DNA of 64,000 nt from Azolla caroliniana (lineage: Eukaryota > Plantae > Polypodiophyta): contig JBHGNT010000013.1 in NCBI GenBank assembly GCA_043228905.1, positions 11,842,001-11,906,000 on the forward strand, in the 5' to 3' direction. Position 1 is the stretch's first letter. Every line of letters starts with the position of its first letter. The notes beneath the pieces were generated by a model, which saw only the letters and a list, made by a program, of their open reading frames with translations, did not search any database and was not told the origin of the DNA. Both the position numbers and the translations under genes were made by a program. Shown one piece after another: positions 10,200 to 21,979 of the stretch.

Positions 10200-11164
10200 G
10201 TAGACCATGGGAGAAAGGACATGGATAACAAAAAAACAAAACAATTATATTGTATGACACCTGTATGCTGCACATTGATGTTTCCTACTCAGGAGATGTT
10301 TAGTTTGTTATTCTGAGAATTGTTATGTAAATTGAAGTCATAACAACATTTCCAGTCTGGAGGTTTATAACAAGGATGGGAATGACAGTCATCCTTAGTG
10401 AGCATCAAGCATAAGTATTCCTGTAAGGCTAGCTTTACAAGGCTTAGAAGAAAGTCATGAAAAAGGGTTGGTGTTATAGACATTGCTATAATTGATTGGT
10501 TGCAAAAATATAGCAGCAATAACTGAGGCTTCAGAACATTGTGCCGGATGGATTTGAACTCGTTCCCAACCAAAAAGCATATGCTAAGGTTTTTCCTGTT
10601 AATACACATGTCCATTACTAGGACACATTTTTTCTCTGTTTTTTGACAAAGAGGCATCATCTACCAGAGCTAGGGCCAAAAGGAAAAGAAGATAGTCTAA
10701 CCTTTTTCTGAGAAGAATTGACTATTGATAGAAGATTCAAGTAGTACTGGAGGTAATGAGAAAAATGTATATTTGTGATAAAACTCAAGATGAGAAAAAT
10801 GTATATTTGTAACAAAGCACATTTGCCCCAGACAGAAGGACACAACATATGCATGTATCAGGTGTAAAAAGAATAAAAGATTATATCATGTATTTTGACA
10901 GCAATTGTTGGTTTCTGTCTGAAATTTTCATTTCCCATAATGTTGGTTTTGGAAAGATTATTTTATTCTCTTGGCTTGACTCTGCCAATATGTCATTAAT
11001 AACTACAGCAATATGATGGATATTGTTTTCCATCACGTGTATATATATCTATTTGTGTAAAAACTCCATCATGGAGGAAATTGACCCTCATCTCAAGGAG
11101 AAAAATAAAACAAAATGAGGTGGAATTCTTCCACACTGAGTGCAAATTCAAAAGCATTCTTAAT

Positions 11165-13702
11165 CTATTCAGACTTGTTTGATGGCATCAAACTAGTAAA
11201 ATGAAATTCTATCTGAAGGTGTCGGTGCAAAGGGGTTCTTCCTAAAAGACCCTTCTTCATATCCATCTCAAGTTCTCTCAATGGTAAAGCTGCAAAGAAC
11301 CTTTGGATGAACTCTTTGCATGCATCCTTGCCTCGGTATACAGTTCTATCATCAAGACATTCTTGATTACTGGCATTTTTAAGAGCGTTCACAGATGCAC
11401 TTGTTTCGGTTTTATCGGTAGACTTACCATGCATGTCCTCTTTCTTTTCACCTGTAGATTGAGGCATATCAGATAATATTGTGTCCTTGTCAAAGCGAAG
11501 AATGTATGCTTGTTTGCATCCCTCAAACAGCCTCTCACCTAGGGTATCAATAATGTAGCACACATTGTGCTCCAGTTTCAAGATGAAAAAATGATCATTC
11601 CAGCTGACTATATAAATCATGGATTCAAAGCCTCCATCTAATGAAGCTCTGATTATCTCCTCCCAAATGCCATCAAACGACATTGCACCCTGCAAGAAAT
11701 CATTGCAAACCTCCATCCCTTGAGGTTGAAAAAACCCAACAAAGGAATGTTCTGCTACATTCATCAATGACCGCATTTTGGACTGGAGTATGGTGTCAAG
11801 GTCAAAATGTTTGTCAGGGAAACGCTCCCTATAAGCTTCATTGTTGCAGAGTTTTCTCCATTCAGCAGACCCATCTCTGATTAGTGTATCAAGCTCTGCC
11901 TTGATGGGCATTCTTCCAGGGTTTCGATGAAGCCAATCAGCTATCACAGCCACCAAAGCTGTACAAGCACTCTCTCCTGCCGCTTTCTCATTTCGTTGAT
12001 CAATCGTCGCGAAAAAAACATCCGCAAAAATTTTTGACTGCTTGTCCCTGCTAACAAGTTCTTGTTTCTCCCAAGAACCAATAGCAAAATTCTCCTCCCC
12101 AAAGTCTATAGCTCCACATAGATTTGATGCTGAAGTCTCCCTCGTGTTTCCAGACATCTGTAAACATAGGGTACAAGATTTAAGCAGTGCATCTGAAAGA
12201 AAATTTATACATACATCAAATGAAAATAAAAATATGGATCGGTATACACATATACACACCATAGCAGAAGGATCCATTGGAGAATTGGACAATCTTCTGT
12301 CAAAATCGATATCATCTCCTCCATTCTCACCATATGCTTTTTTCAATAGTGGCTCCTCTTTCCTTCGAGGAGATCTGAAACTCAATTTGCGCTTTTTCCA
12401 AGATAGGATGCTCAAAACAGAGGATTGCACAGAACCCTGCTCCACTTCAGAGCATAGTGGGGCACAGAACTCGTCAGATATTACCGATTCAATGAAATCT
12501 CTCTTACAAGTGGAGGGAGTGTGATCTTCAGCATGCTTATTCTTGTGGCAATGTGAAAGTGCTCCTTCAACTATAAGATTAACACCAGAGACAGTCCCAT
12601 AGCTGTGGATGCAATACTTCTCTGCCTCAAGGACTTCGTCATCCCATTCATCAGAGGTGTCAGAATAAAATGAATTTCTTGAGCTATCAGAGATCTGTTC
12701 ACTCTTGGAAGAATAATCCTCCACATCTGCATTCAATTGCTTTACAGAGGTTAAAGTTTTCAAACACTCTTCTACATCTCCAATCTGATACTGCTCCTTA
12801 TCAGCCCCAAACGACAGTGGCCTGCTGATGCAAGGTAAGTGAGCACGACCAAAACTGACATTTTCTGGTGTCTGTAATTCGATAAAATGTGTGGAAACCT
12901 AAATAGTCCCAAAAAACAGGCATCAAACTTAGATTCATCCAAAATAGGATCCTAGATCACATTCTAGGAACCATCAGAGTAGAAGAGGAATCTTACAATA
13001 ATGGTGGCTTCACATTCTAATCCACTGGATGTTAACACATGAATCTTTGCGTCTCGGTTACTTTTATTTTGCGTCGGCACAAACTCTGCTAGGTTCATCT
13101 TGGCAGTACCCAAGATTGCCAACTTTGAGTTGGCACTTACCTACGACAAGAAAAGGTAATGGCCAATTGAAAAAGAGCTTGCAATTGATTCATAATTTGG
13201 ATATGTCCACAAGCAAGCAAAAGCTCAAGAAGAAAATGTTCTGCATTCTTCAACCAATCTATACCAGCACGTACACTAATGGCATGTTTCTACCAGTATG
13301 CACAATATTTAGGTTAACCTGAGCTTAAAAACCGGTAAGTACCTGAAATATTGTGAAGTTGACATCCCAAGGTAAGAAATGATTGTCTTTCGTGACCGTG
13401 ATACTGCATGTATGTTCAAAATCCTCTTCCCATTTCACAGTAGAGCTATCTTCGGGTCTCTTCATAGAGGTTTTTGCTCGGCAAGGATTTGGTTTGAGGC
13501 ACAGTCCAAGAGCCCGTCGAGGGCCCTTCCATTTCACCTTTATAATGATTTTATTCATTTCACTGATTTTCGTAGATGCCATAGATTTCCCAGGATTAAT
13601 CAAGTGGGAGAGACCATCAAGGCCATGCAATTTCATCTTGACATGGAACCCCTTTGAAGGAAGTGGAAGCCAAGGTTTCCATTTCAACATTTTCACCACC
13701 AT
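11165..13702 (-). CDS. NT-type C2 (EEIG1/EHBP1-like) domain plant protein, 4 coding exons, about 711 aa
   Basis: Exons 13702-13343, 13140-12997, 12898-12260 and 12157-11165, all phase 0 with GT-AG introns; N-terminus MVVKMLKWKPW and IKVKWKGP; conserved C-terminal IDQRNEKAAGESACTALVAVIADW and YIVSWNDHFF. Confidence 0.88.
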
Positions 13703-14446
13703 GTGGACTAATAAGGAACCTGCGCATGTGAAAAATTGGATCTTTAATAACTAATTAGATCAAATAAGAGAGCTTGATAATTATGAATAAAAAATCTGTA
13801 CACATGCAAACACATGATAAGCAATTGCAGAATGCAGGGTTTTCTTGAAGAAACGTATTAGGGAAAATTGAAGAGTTTAGTAAATATGAATCTAACACGT
13901 TTGTTTTTTCCAGACAGACATCCATATGCTAAAACCATTTGCTAAATTTACGTGTTTCGTTAAGAACTGAATTAAATCAATAGAACAACTAACAACAATG
14001 AATCAACGCTTTTAATATCCATTCGGGTTTTCTTTGGCTTTCTTTTGTTAAACTGTTTCTCGGGTTTTTGTACATAACTGGTATAGATCGTACTCCAGAG
14101 CTTGCTACCTTAGTAATTATGAATCGGCCACGTTTACGGTTCTTCAGGGTTTTCTTTGATCATTCTGGGGGTTTCTTAAACAACTGAATTAGATTCATTC
14201 GAATGGCACAGTGCTTATGAATCAAAGGATTTCTCACGGATTCAAAAAGAGGATTGGTGTTGAAATTTGGCAAAACCTAATCCCTTGAGAATCTCAGTTG
14301 GGCACGCTTGGATTCTCTTGTGCATACATACTCAGTTAAAGATAGTCGGGGTCGATGGAGGAACAGAGGAAGGGAGGATCTGATTTGCAGAAAATAGTAA
14401 GGGGAAGATGATTTGAGAGGTATTATTTTGTTTTTTTGGGGGGAGA

Positions 14447-14754
14447 GAAGAAGAAGAAGAAGAAGAAGAGGAGAATCTCTTCTTTGTTTCTCTGTGTTTG
14501 TGGGAAGCTAAGCATATGCTTTTTTTAATTTTGTGTATGTATGTATGTATACATATATGTACATACATATGCATATGATATACATACATACATATGTATA
14601 TGATATACATACATATGTAGGTATATAGGTATGTATGTATGTCAATGTATGTATGCCCGTATATATGTGCATGCATGCATGTATGTATATGTATGTATGT
14701 ATGTATATGTATGTATGTATGTATGTATGTATATATGTATATATGTATATATAT
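14447..14754. repeat. Microsatellites: (GAA)n at about 14447-14468 and compound (TATG/TA/CA)n at about 14532-14754
   Basis: Direct inspection. Confidence 0.9.
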
Positions 14755-17700
14755 GACCCATGGGCCATAGGTGTGAAGTGAATGAAGGGTCCAGCACAAA
14801 CCCATGTGGTGGTAGCCAGCCACATGACTTTGCCTAATGTCCGCTCACCATCGACCCGTGGGTCGAAAGCATTGGCCCCGTCACGGACACGTTTAGATCG
14901 GAGTGTTTTTATTAACTAATTCGCTCCATCACTCCACACGCTCTTTCATGTTTCAAAATCCCTCGTAGCGTGCCCATGTCGAGGGCGGCACACAACCCTT
15001 TGTATGTTTCTTTTATGAATTGTTTTTCCAACCTCGGATTGCCCTTTATTTTTACGCTTGAATATAAAAATGGAGCATGATGTGAAAGAATATATCTTGG
15101 GGCAATCGGATAAACATATGAAGCTTCGTTTTCCTTCTTTTTCAAATGATGTAAACAAGTCGAGTGTTACAAATTTAGATAAAATATACATGGGTTTTTT
15201 GTTATCCTTTGGATATAATTAGCCTACCTGAGCGCCCGTGACTTGGATTGCTAATGTGAGACTTCGGGTACATATAATAAATATATTATATAACCTTCAA
15301 ATTGATGGGCAATCATATATTTCATACTTCAACGATGATGTCTTCATATTTCATTATTATCATTCTTAGGCAACAAAATGTGAAAAATGGCCGTCAATGT
15401 ACAACCTTAGGAGTTGCTCATAGCTCCTTTGCTTCTATGCTCACACATAGAGAATATTACTTGCCCTTTGTGTATACAAGATATATAATCATGGAAATAA
15501 CATTATAACCTTGCTCTTTTTGCCAAAATTTTCAAGTGAGAAATATAGAATTAAGAATGTTTAGGCCTGGTTCATGTTCCACATGCATGCAAACTAAGGG
15601 CATTTTCAGCTTTGCATCATATTTCTTCCCTCTTTGCTAGAACATTCACATAAAAGGGCAGGGTGGCTTTTCCTACCCCATATTGGTGGACATTAATTAA
15701 CTCATACATTTTTCTTTAGCATGTTCTAACATCTCTAAAATAAAACCTAGCAATAACCAACGGAATAATGCACGTAAAGTATATATTCTACTTATAACAT
15801 AACATGTTGGTATCTCAATTCTAAAGCCACAAGAATATTTAGAATCAAAATTATAACTCAATAATCTAGCTATGTACACGGATGTGTGGAAACGTATAAA
15901 AAATGCATGTATACATACACATACGCATACACATACACCACTAGTGCTTACAACATTTGTGCACATTGATATGTCATTTGGAACAAAAACCTTGGTAATA
16001 TTTGTCTCTATAATTTTCTAAAGCCATGTCTTTACTGAACATACTCAAATTAAGTTTAATTAACCACGCCTCTTTACATGCTTATTGTACCCCAAAATAT
16101 TAGTACACTTGGTGGTTAATCTCATATCTCAAATGCAAGTAAAAAAAGGATATGCAATTGGACCAAAAAAACTGCTAACTACCACTCTTTTGCCAACATC
16201 TTATAAGTCAAGTATGCACCAAGAAAACCCATAATCACAAGATGTGTATATTTGGAAAAAATTAAGCACCATATTCGAAATTAAAGACTCCGAAATATTG
16301 CAACTCATGTATATAATGACATTGATTGTCCACCAAAGGGATCTTGTGTGTACATAGTGTCATTGATAAGTCTTCGAAATAACTTTAAATTATGCAAACT
16401 TGATCCACCTTAGGAGGTGGCATGTGGACGGTAAAATGTCACTAATGGATGTCTCTTTTGAAATAGTGACAAGCACTCTCTCGTTTTATAAAGTTGCTTA
16501 TGACTATACAATCATTCTATTGTTCTATTTTTCACCAAGGATTAGTATATTATACGTTAGTGGGGTGCCTTTTCTCCATTGAATTATGAACCATGATTAA
16601 AAAGGAAAAATCAGCTTGGTAGTTCCGACAATGATCCCCTACCACAATTGTTTTCATGTTGGTTTCCCAAATCATTTGAAGGCACATACGTATTCACTAG
16701 ATGGATTTTAAACCTCAAAGAGAGAATATTTTTATTCTTTGGCTTTTCCACCACTGCTAGGCATTTGTTTTATCATTGCACGTTATCATTCATAGCAAAT
16801 ATTCAAACATAATAGAACATTTAAAAGCTTCCTAGATACATATTTGCAAATATATATATGAACATCCTGGTTGACTAGTCTTTGTTGGATTCATTCATGA
16901 GTTACCCTTATTCATTCATGTGCACTTTCCTTTGGCATGACCGAAAATAACACATGATGTGGACCGTCAACCCCACTTTAGATCCATTGAAGACATCATG
17001 CCCGAATGCATGGGAAAACATTATGTTCTTTGGTCTTTGAATGCTGGTTTCTCCATGTCATAAGATTGTGTTTTACTTATTAATTAAATGCGCTCTTCTA
17101 TGAACATCGACTATCCAAATGATGTTCTTGATCAGGTTTTTTCTGGAGATTCTGTAGGCATCCTATTTATACTTGGATCATTATGGTGAATGCCATTATT
17201 CACTTGTTTCTTTCTAATAGCTTTGTTAGCAAGAAATTACATAGGATGTAGAACCTCATAGGCTTCCAACCTTCGCTTGGGCAAAAGGTGCATTGTGAAT
17301 CCTTTGCTCCAAAGTTAGGAGTGCTTCACTCTACATGAAGAAGTTGCCACAGACAACAAATTTGGGGAGCGTGGGGCATCATGTGGCACTTGAAAATAAA
17401 TGAGAAACGGCCCCCTCCCTCATTTCAATCTGATCAACATATTCGTTAGCTCAATATTTGGGTGTTGCTATCGAAACTTTAGACAAAAATGTTGAGTTCT
17501 CAAAGAATTTAATTTTGAAGTCTGGAGCATGATTGCCCTTATCTCACACACTAAACGTATTCAGTGAGCAACATTTTTTTTTTCCCCATAAAAAACATGC
17601 TCCATTGGTATTAAAATTAAAAAGGCTAGAGGCACTATACAAATAGAATATAATCTTGTCCATCTCTACAAGTATATATCATCAACGAATTGAGCAACAT

Positions 17701-18400
17701 TAAACTACTTTAAAGTACAACAAGAAAGGAGCCTTATGAATGCATTAATGATGATAATAATGAGATTAAGGGAAACAAGAAACACGTAATGGGATTGGTG
17801 CTTATATAAGAATTATACGAGCCTACAAAGAGACTGCGAATAAGTAACAACAACACAAGTTTGTGTGGGGTGCCTCTCGTGTGCACTAGACCACAATACA
17901 CAAGATCATTGGGTCCTCATGTATAATGGTGATAACAACACCTCTTTTAGTGTAACCAAGATGAATAAAAAGATAGATTACGTACGAGAGGGACGAGGTA
18001 AGGATGTTGGGTACATTGTGAGGGCGAGAAATGGTGGGACATTGTGTGTAGGGTTTAGGTCTAACATGTTGTTGTGAGGAAAATATACATTTCATGGGTC
18101 TAAATAAAGGCTCATTAATAGTTGAGCTTAGTTTCAGTTTGGTTTGGTTTAATAGGGATGTGGCAAAAGGCCACATGAACGGCGGTGGCGACGACACTCT
18201 TCAAACATAGTACACTTTTGTATTTGGGTCCACTATTTGGTATCGTCACCTTTTACTACCATTATTATGCACCAATTTGTAAAACTTAAAGCTCTATAAC
18301 CTTTTTAGTGGTAGTTTGTGCTCCTCAGATTTAATATGTCTACTGCCATTTTAGAAGCGTTCGCATTTTGTAGGCATGACTTGCTAATATAATTCCTTGT

Positions 18401-18835
18401 TGTTACCGGCCGGCAAAGGAGTCCAGAGTGGGAAACGGGGAGTTATTTAAGTAGTAGGAATGTGGTTGTAATTAAGTTATGAGTGTGGACGGACGGACCG
18501 GAATCGGTATGCCGTTCCGGATCCGGACCGATCCCGAACAGGTGCGGATGGTACCGTTTTGTAATACAGACCGGAAACCTATTTAAAGGCCCGGATACAA
18601 TGTAATGAATAGCGGTTAATTAATAAAGCTTAGTGTTGTTATCTCTCTGTGTTAATTGCCGTTCTGCCTTCATTGTTATATCTTACGCGTGTGATTATTA
18701 AAGACAATCATGCTAAGTAACCTAATTAAGTCGGATTAATCGTTGAGTCTAATCCTGTTGCCGTAACACCCCTTTGGTGAAGTGTCTTCCGTAGACACCC
18801 TGTGTTAGGCCATTGTCCGGCCCTAAGAGATAACA
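18401..18835. mobile_element. Solo LTR (435 bp)
   Basis: TGTTA...TAACA inverted ends with perfect 5-bp TSD CTTGT at 18396-18400 and 18836-18840. Confidence 0.85.
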
Positions 18836-19328
18836 CTTGTTTTTAAGATAACCTTGAATTGTTTCTTGAAAAGATATATATAGCCTTGACAACTTGCCCA
18901 AAGCTTGAACATATATGCCAAATCTATTAACATGCTATCATCAACAATAATTTTGAGTTCTCAAGACATAATATTGAGTTTTTTTCCCCCAAAATGAAGC
19001 TACTTTCCCATTAGTTAGGAAGGATTATTACAAAGAGACTATACAAGGAGTCTTATACATAGATCGGGGAATCTCCCTCCGATCAAGTTCAAGAAAATGA
19101 GACTAGTTACATCGCCTTTCAGACTGACTACTTAATGTAAGTACCTATAGCTAAAAATGACGCCCTTCAATGTTGGCTAGTACGAGACAACTCCTAGGGA
19201 CGATGTCGTGACGATTTTCGGCTACGGTGTGAAACCGAGTGAGACGAATAAACCAAGGATGTGCAACATTGCACATACACTTAGCAAATAAGCCTCCTAA
19301 GGCCTAGTGGCACTTGAGTTCATACAGA

Positions 19329-19402
19329 GGGGTGCAAGCAAGGTTTGAACCTTGCACCTCTAAGATACAAGATAATTGCCTTACCACTAGGACAACTATC
19401 AC
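19329..19402 (-). promoter_or_regulatory. tRNA-like Pol III type-2 promoter cassette in the element A LTR (second copy at about 22207-22280)
   Basis: A-box-like TGTCCTAGTGG, 32-nt spacer, B box GGTTCAAACC inside the hairpin GCAAGG-TTCAAA-CCTTGC. Confidence 0.6.
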
Positions 19403-19855
19403 ATAGTGTAGAATTTATGTATTTCCTTTTCATATACAAATTATAGACGAAACAACCATAGAAAACCATGTACACAAAACCATGGTTTTAAACCCATGGT
19501 TTGTGCATGACATAAGCAAAACCGTGTGCACAAAACCATGGTTTTAGCCCATGGTTTTGTGCATGTCACAAGCATGGAAAGACCTATAAAAGCCTCTAGT
19601 TGGGCTTGTGTAAGGGGGGCTCAATATGTGATATCACCAACACCATTATCATCAATATAATTATATTTGTCTTTATCTTCTTCATTATTTTCTACTTCTC
19701 AAGTGTACAAGCTTTCTTCTTCTCAAGTGAACAAATTCCGTCTAATCTTACATTGATCGTCATCTCTTCGATAATTCGGCGAACATCCTCCCTAGTCCAA
19801 GACCCCGGTGGTCGCTCGAGTAGCACACGCACGCGCGAATCTTCGCGACATCATT

Positions 19856-19873
19856 TGGTGAACCCGACGTGAA
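19856..19873 (+). other. Primer-binding site complementary to tRNA-Trp
   Basis: TGGTGAACCCGACGTGAA is the reverse complement of the plant tRNA-Trp 3' end ..TTCACGTCGGGTTCA-CCA. Confidence 0.85.
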
Positions 19874-19894
19874 GAGCAGTAGGGGAGGACGAAG

Positions 19895-21979
19895 ATGGAT
19901 GGCGAATATCTCATGGAGGCAATGTCAAAAAGGATGATGGAGTTTCTGAGAGAAGGGAAAAGAAGAAATGAAGCCCAACAAGCCGTCGACAAGGTAGTCG
20001 AACGAATGAGCTATTTCAACGGTGCCGAAGTCCAAAGTTTCCTAAAAGTCTACAATGCGGAGATGGATTCAAGAGGTGTGGACAAAGCTATGAGGCTAGA
20101 GTACTTTTGTCGGGTGGTGTCTCAACCGATCTTCAAAGATGTAACAGAGCTTCTAGAAGCTCATGATTCGTGGGCAAATTTCGAGAAGGCTCTATTGGAG
20201 GAATATGGCTATGAGAGACTGAAGGGACGAGATCGACGCAAGTTTGACCAATGGGTGACATCAGCGAAGACCTACCAAGGTGCGACACAAGCATTCGTAG
20301 ACTTCGAGCATCATTTTTCTCAATTGTCGGAGCGGGAACAAAGATTGGTGGGGGTCGATAAGGTCCTTATGTTCGTGAAGTCAATCGATCGAATGGAAAG
20401 GATGGCGATCGGCCTCAAACTCGAAGAAGATGATGGTGCAAATGGCCTCATCGAGGATTGGAGCAAAGTGGAAAGTGTATGCCGACTACACGATAAGGGG
20501 CAAGCGAGAATATCGATGACAACAAGACGGCCCATGAGGGACGATCGAAGAGGGACGAGATGCAACAACGCACCACCAACAAAAGAAATGAAGCTTAGAA
20601 GGGAGACAAAACCGAGGCGAATGGTGATCGAGGAAGAAGAGACCTCCCAACAAATGCGGGTTAATGAAGTGGCCGATACAAAGGCTCTCGTTCGGTATGA
20701 CGGTACCGAGAGAGAAGGTGTGAAACAAGTCACCTTCTTGTCTTACAAAGAAACGACAGCGAAGGAGGAGGCCGATGACTCGAGGACGGCGAACGCCACT
20801 TCGAGGGAGGATAAATGTTTCGGAACACGCATTGTGTACGAAACATCGGGTGATGACGGCGCAAGCATGAGAAAAGCTTGCATGATCGAGGGAGAAAAAG
20901 TGTTTGAGTCTGAAGAGATTGAGGAGGTAGCCATGACAAACGACATCGAGTCGGAGGTGGCTATGGATGAGTTGACGACGGATAGCCATGTCGACACTTT
21001 CTTCACGCTTGTTCCAGAGACTTCGGCGGTTGCGCCCATGTGCCAACGTGAGACCGGAGAGACGGAAGGTGGTGACGGGAAGACGAAGGCCCAACACAAG
21101 GAGGAAGAAGATCGAGGAAGAAAGGATATCCCCACACCTATTCTAGAGACTTCGGCGGTTGTGCACGTGCACCAACGTGAGACCGGAGAGACGGAATGTG
21201 TGGACAAAAAAGAGGACGACCGGAAGGGCGATGAAGAAGACAAGGTAAATGTGCATGAGCGAAGGGGTTCCTTCACACCGGTTCCGGAGACTTCGGCAGT
21301 CGAGACCGTGTGTCGGCATAAGACCGAAGATAAAGGAGGTGGCGAAGAGGAGACAATATGGCTCGCGGCGAGCATACATGGAGGGAAGGATATGGCCGAC
21401 GTGGAGGCCAAGGATGAAGCTGCGGTTGAGTTCGATGGAGAGGTTGCATGCGGGAAGGAAGGAAGAGTCGAGAACCGGTTGAACCGGAAGACGATCCGGC
21501 CGGGATTCCGACCCGAACGAAGGAAGATCCACATGGGAGCCGATCGACCGGGGCCGACCCGGCCGAAACCTGATTCGGCGAAAATCGATCGGACGATTCC
21601 GATCCAGAAGGGGGCCGACCCAGCCAGAATCAATCGGTCGAGCCCGACTCGGGGAAATGTGAATGCAGACGAAGGCCAACCAAGCCAAGAAGCGATCGGT
21701 GGAGACCGATCCGGACAAGGGCAAACCCGGCCTAATCGGAGATCGACACGAACGATCTACAATACCCAGTTGAAGACGATGAGCGTGAGAAGTGGCCAGG
21801 AGTCCAATCGAAGGACACGCATGGTAGACGAAGGAAGAGCGGTCGTATCGACGACATCGTTCGGTAGATCTACTACAACCGATCGGGGAAGAAAGTGTGA
21901 GCGCCGGATATGGTGGATCGGGTGGCAACGGTGGTTCGGTTGGAAAGATTGCGCATACTCGAAGTGGAAGATAAAGTAG
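19895..21979 (+). CDS. Gag-like protein with acidic repeat region and basic C-terminal tail (694 aa)
   Basis: FNG..V..FL..Y..EM and W..FEKALLEEY capsid-like motifs; three ETSAV-core repeats; no PR, RT or IN motifs. Confidence 0.7.
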   Translation: MDGEYLMEAMSKRMMEFLREGKRRNEAQQAVDKVVERMSYFNGAEVQSFLKVYNAEMDSRGVDKAMRLEYFCRVVSQPIFKDVTELLEAHDSWANFEKALLEEYGYERLKGRDRRKFDQWVTSAKTYQGATQAFVDFEHHFSQLSEREQRLVGVDKVLMFVKSIDRMERMAIGLKLEEDDGANGLIEDWSKVESVCRLHDKGQARISMTTRRPMRDDRRGTRCNNAPPTKEMKLRRETKPRRMVIEEEETSQQMRVNEVADTKALVRYDGTEREGVKQVTFLSYKETTAKEEADDSRTANATSREDKCFGTRIVYETSGDDGASMRKACMIEGEKVFESEEIEEVAMTNDIESEVAMDELTTDSHVDTFFTLVPETSAVAPMCQRETGETEGGDGKTKAQHKEEEDRGRKDIPTPILETSAVVHVHQRETGETECVDKKEDDRKGDEEDKVNVHERRGSFTPVPETSAVETVCRHKTEDKGGGEEETIWLAASIHGGKDMADVEAKDEAAVEFDGEVACGKEGRVENRLNRKTIRPGFRPERRKIHMGADRPGPTRPKPDSAKIDRTIPIQKGADPARINRSSPTRGNVNADEGQPSQEAIGGDRSGQGQTRPNRRSTRTIYNTQLKTMSVRSGQESNRRTRMVDEGRAVVSTTSFGRSTTTDRGRKCERRIWWIGWQRWFGWKDCAYSKWKIK

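Noticed and set aside
11165-12763. 532-aa single-exon ORF as a standalone gene
   Set aside because: It starts at TTG inside exon 3 and reads through an intron of the larger spliced gene.
14332-14825. His/Ile/Tyr/Thr-rich ORFs
   Set aside because: Translations of a TA/CA microsatellite.
14900-18390. Short ORFs in the AT-rich intergenic region
   Set aside because: No domains, splice structure or terminal repeats that I could support.
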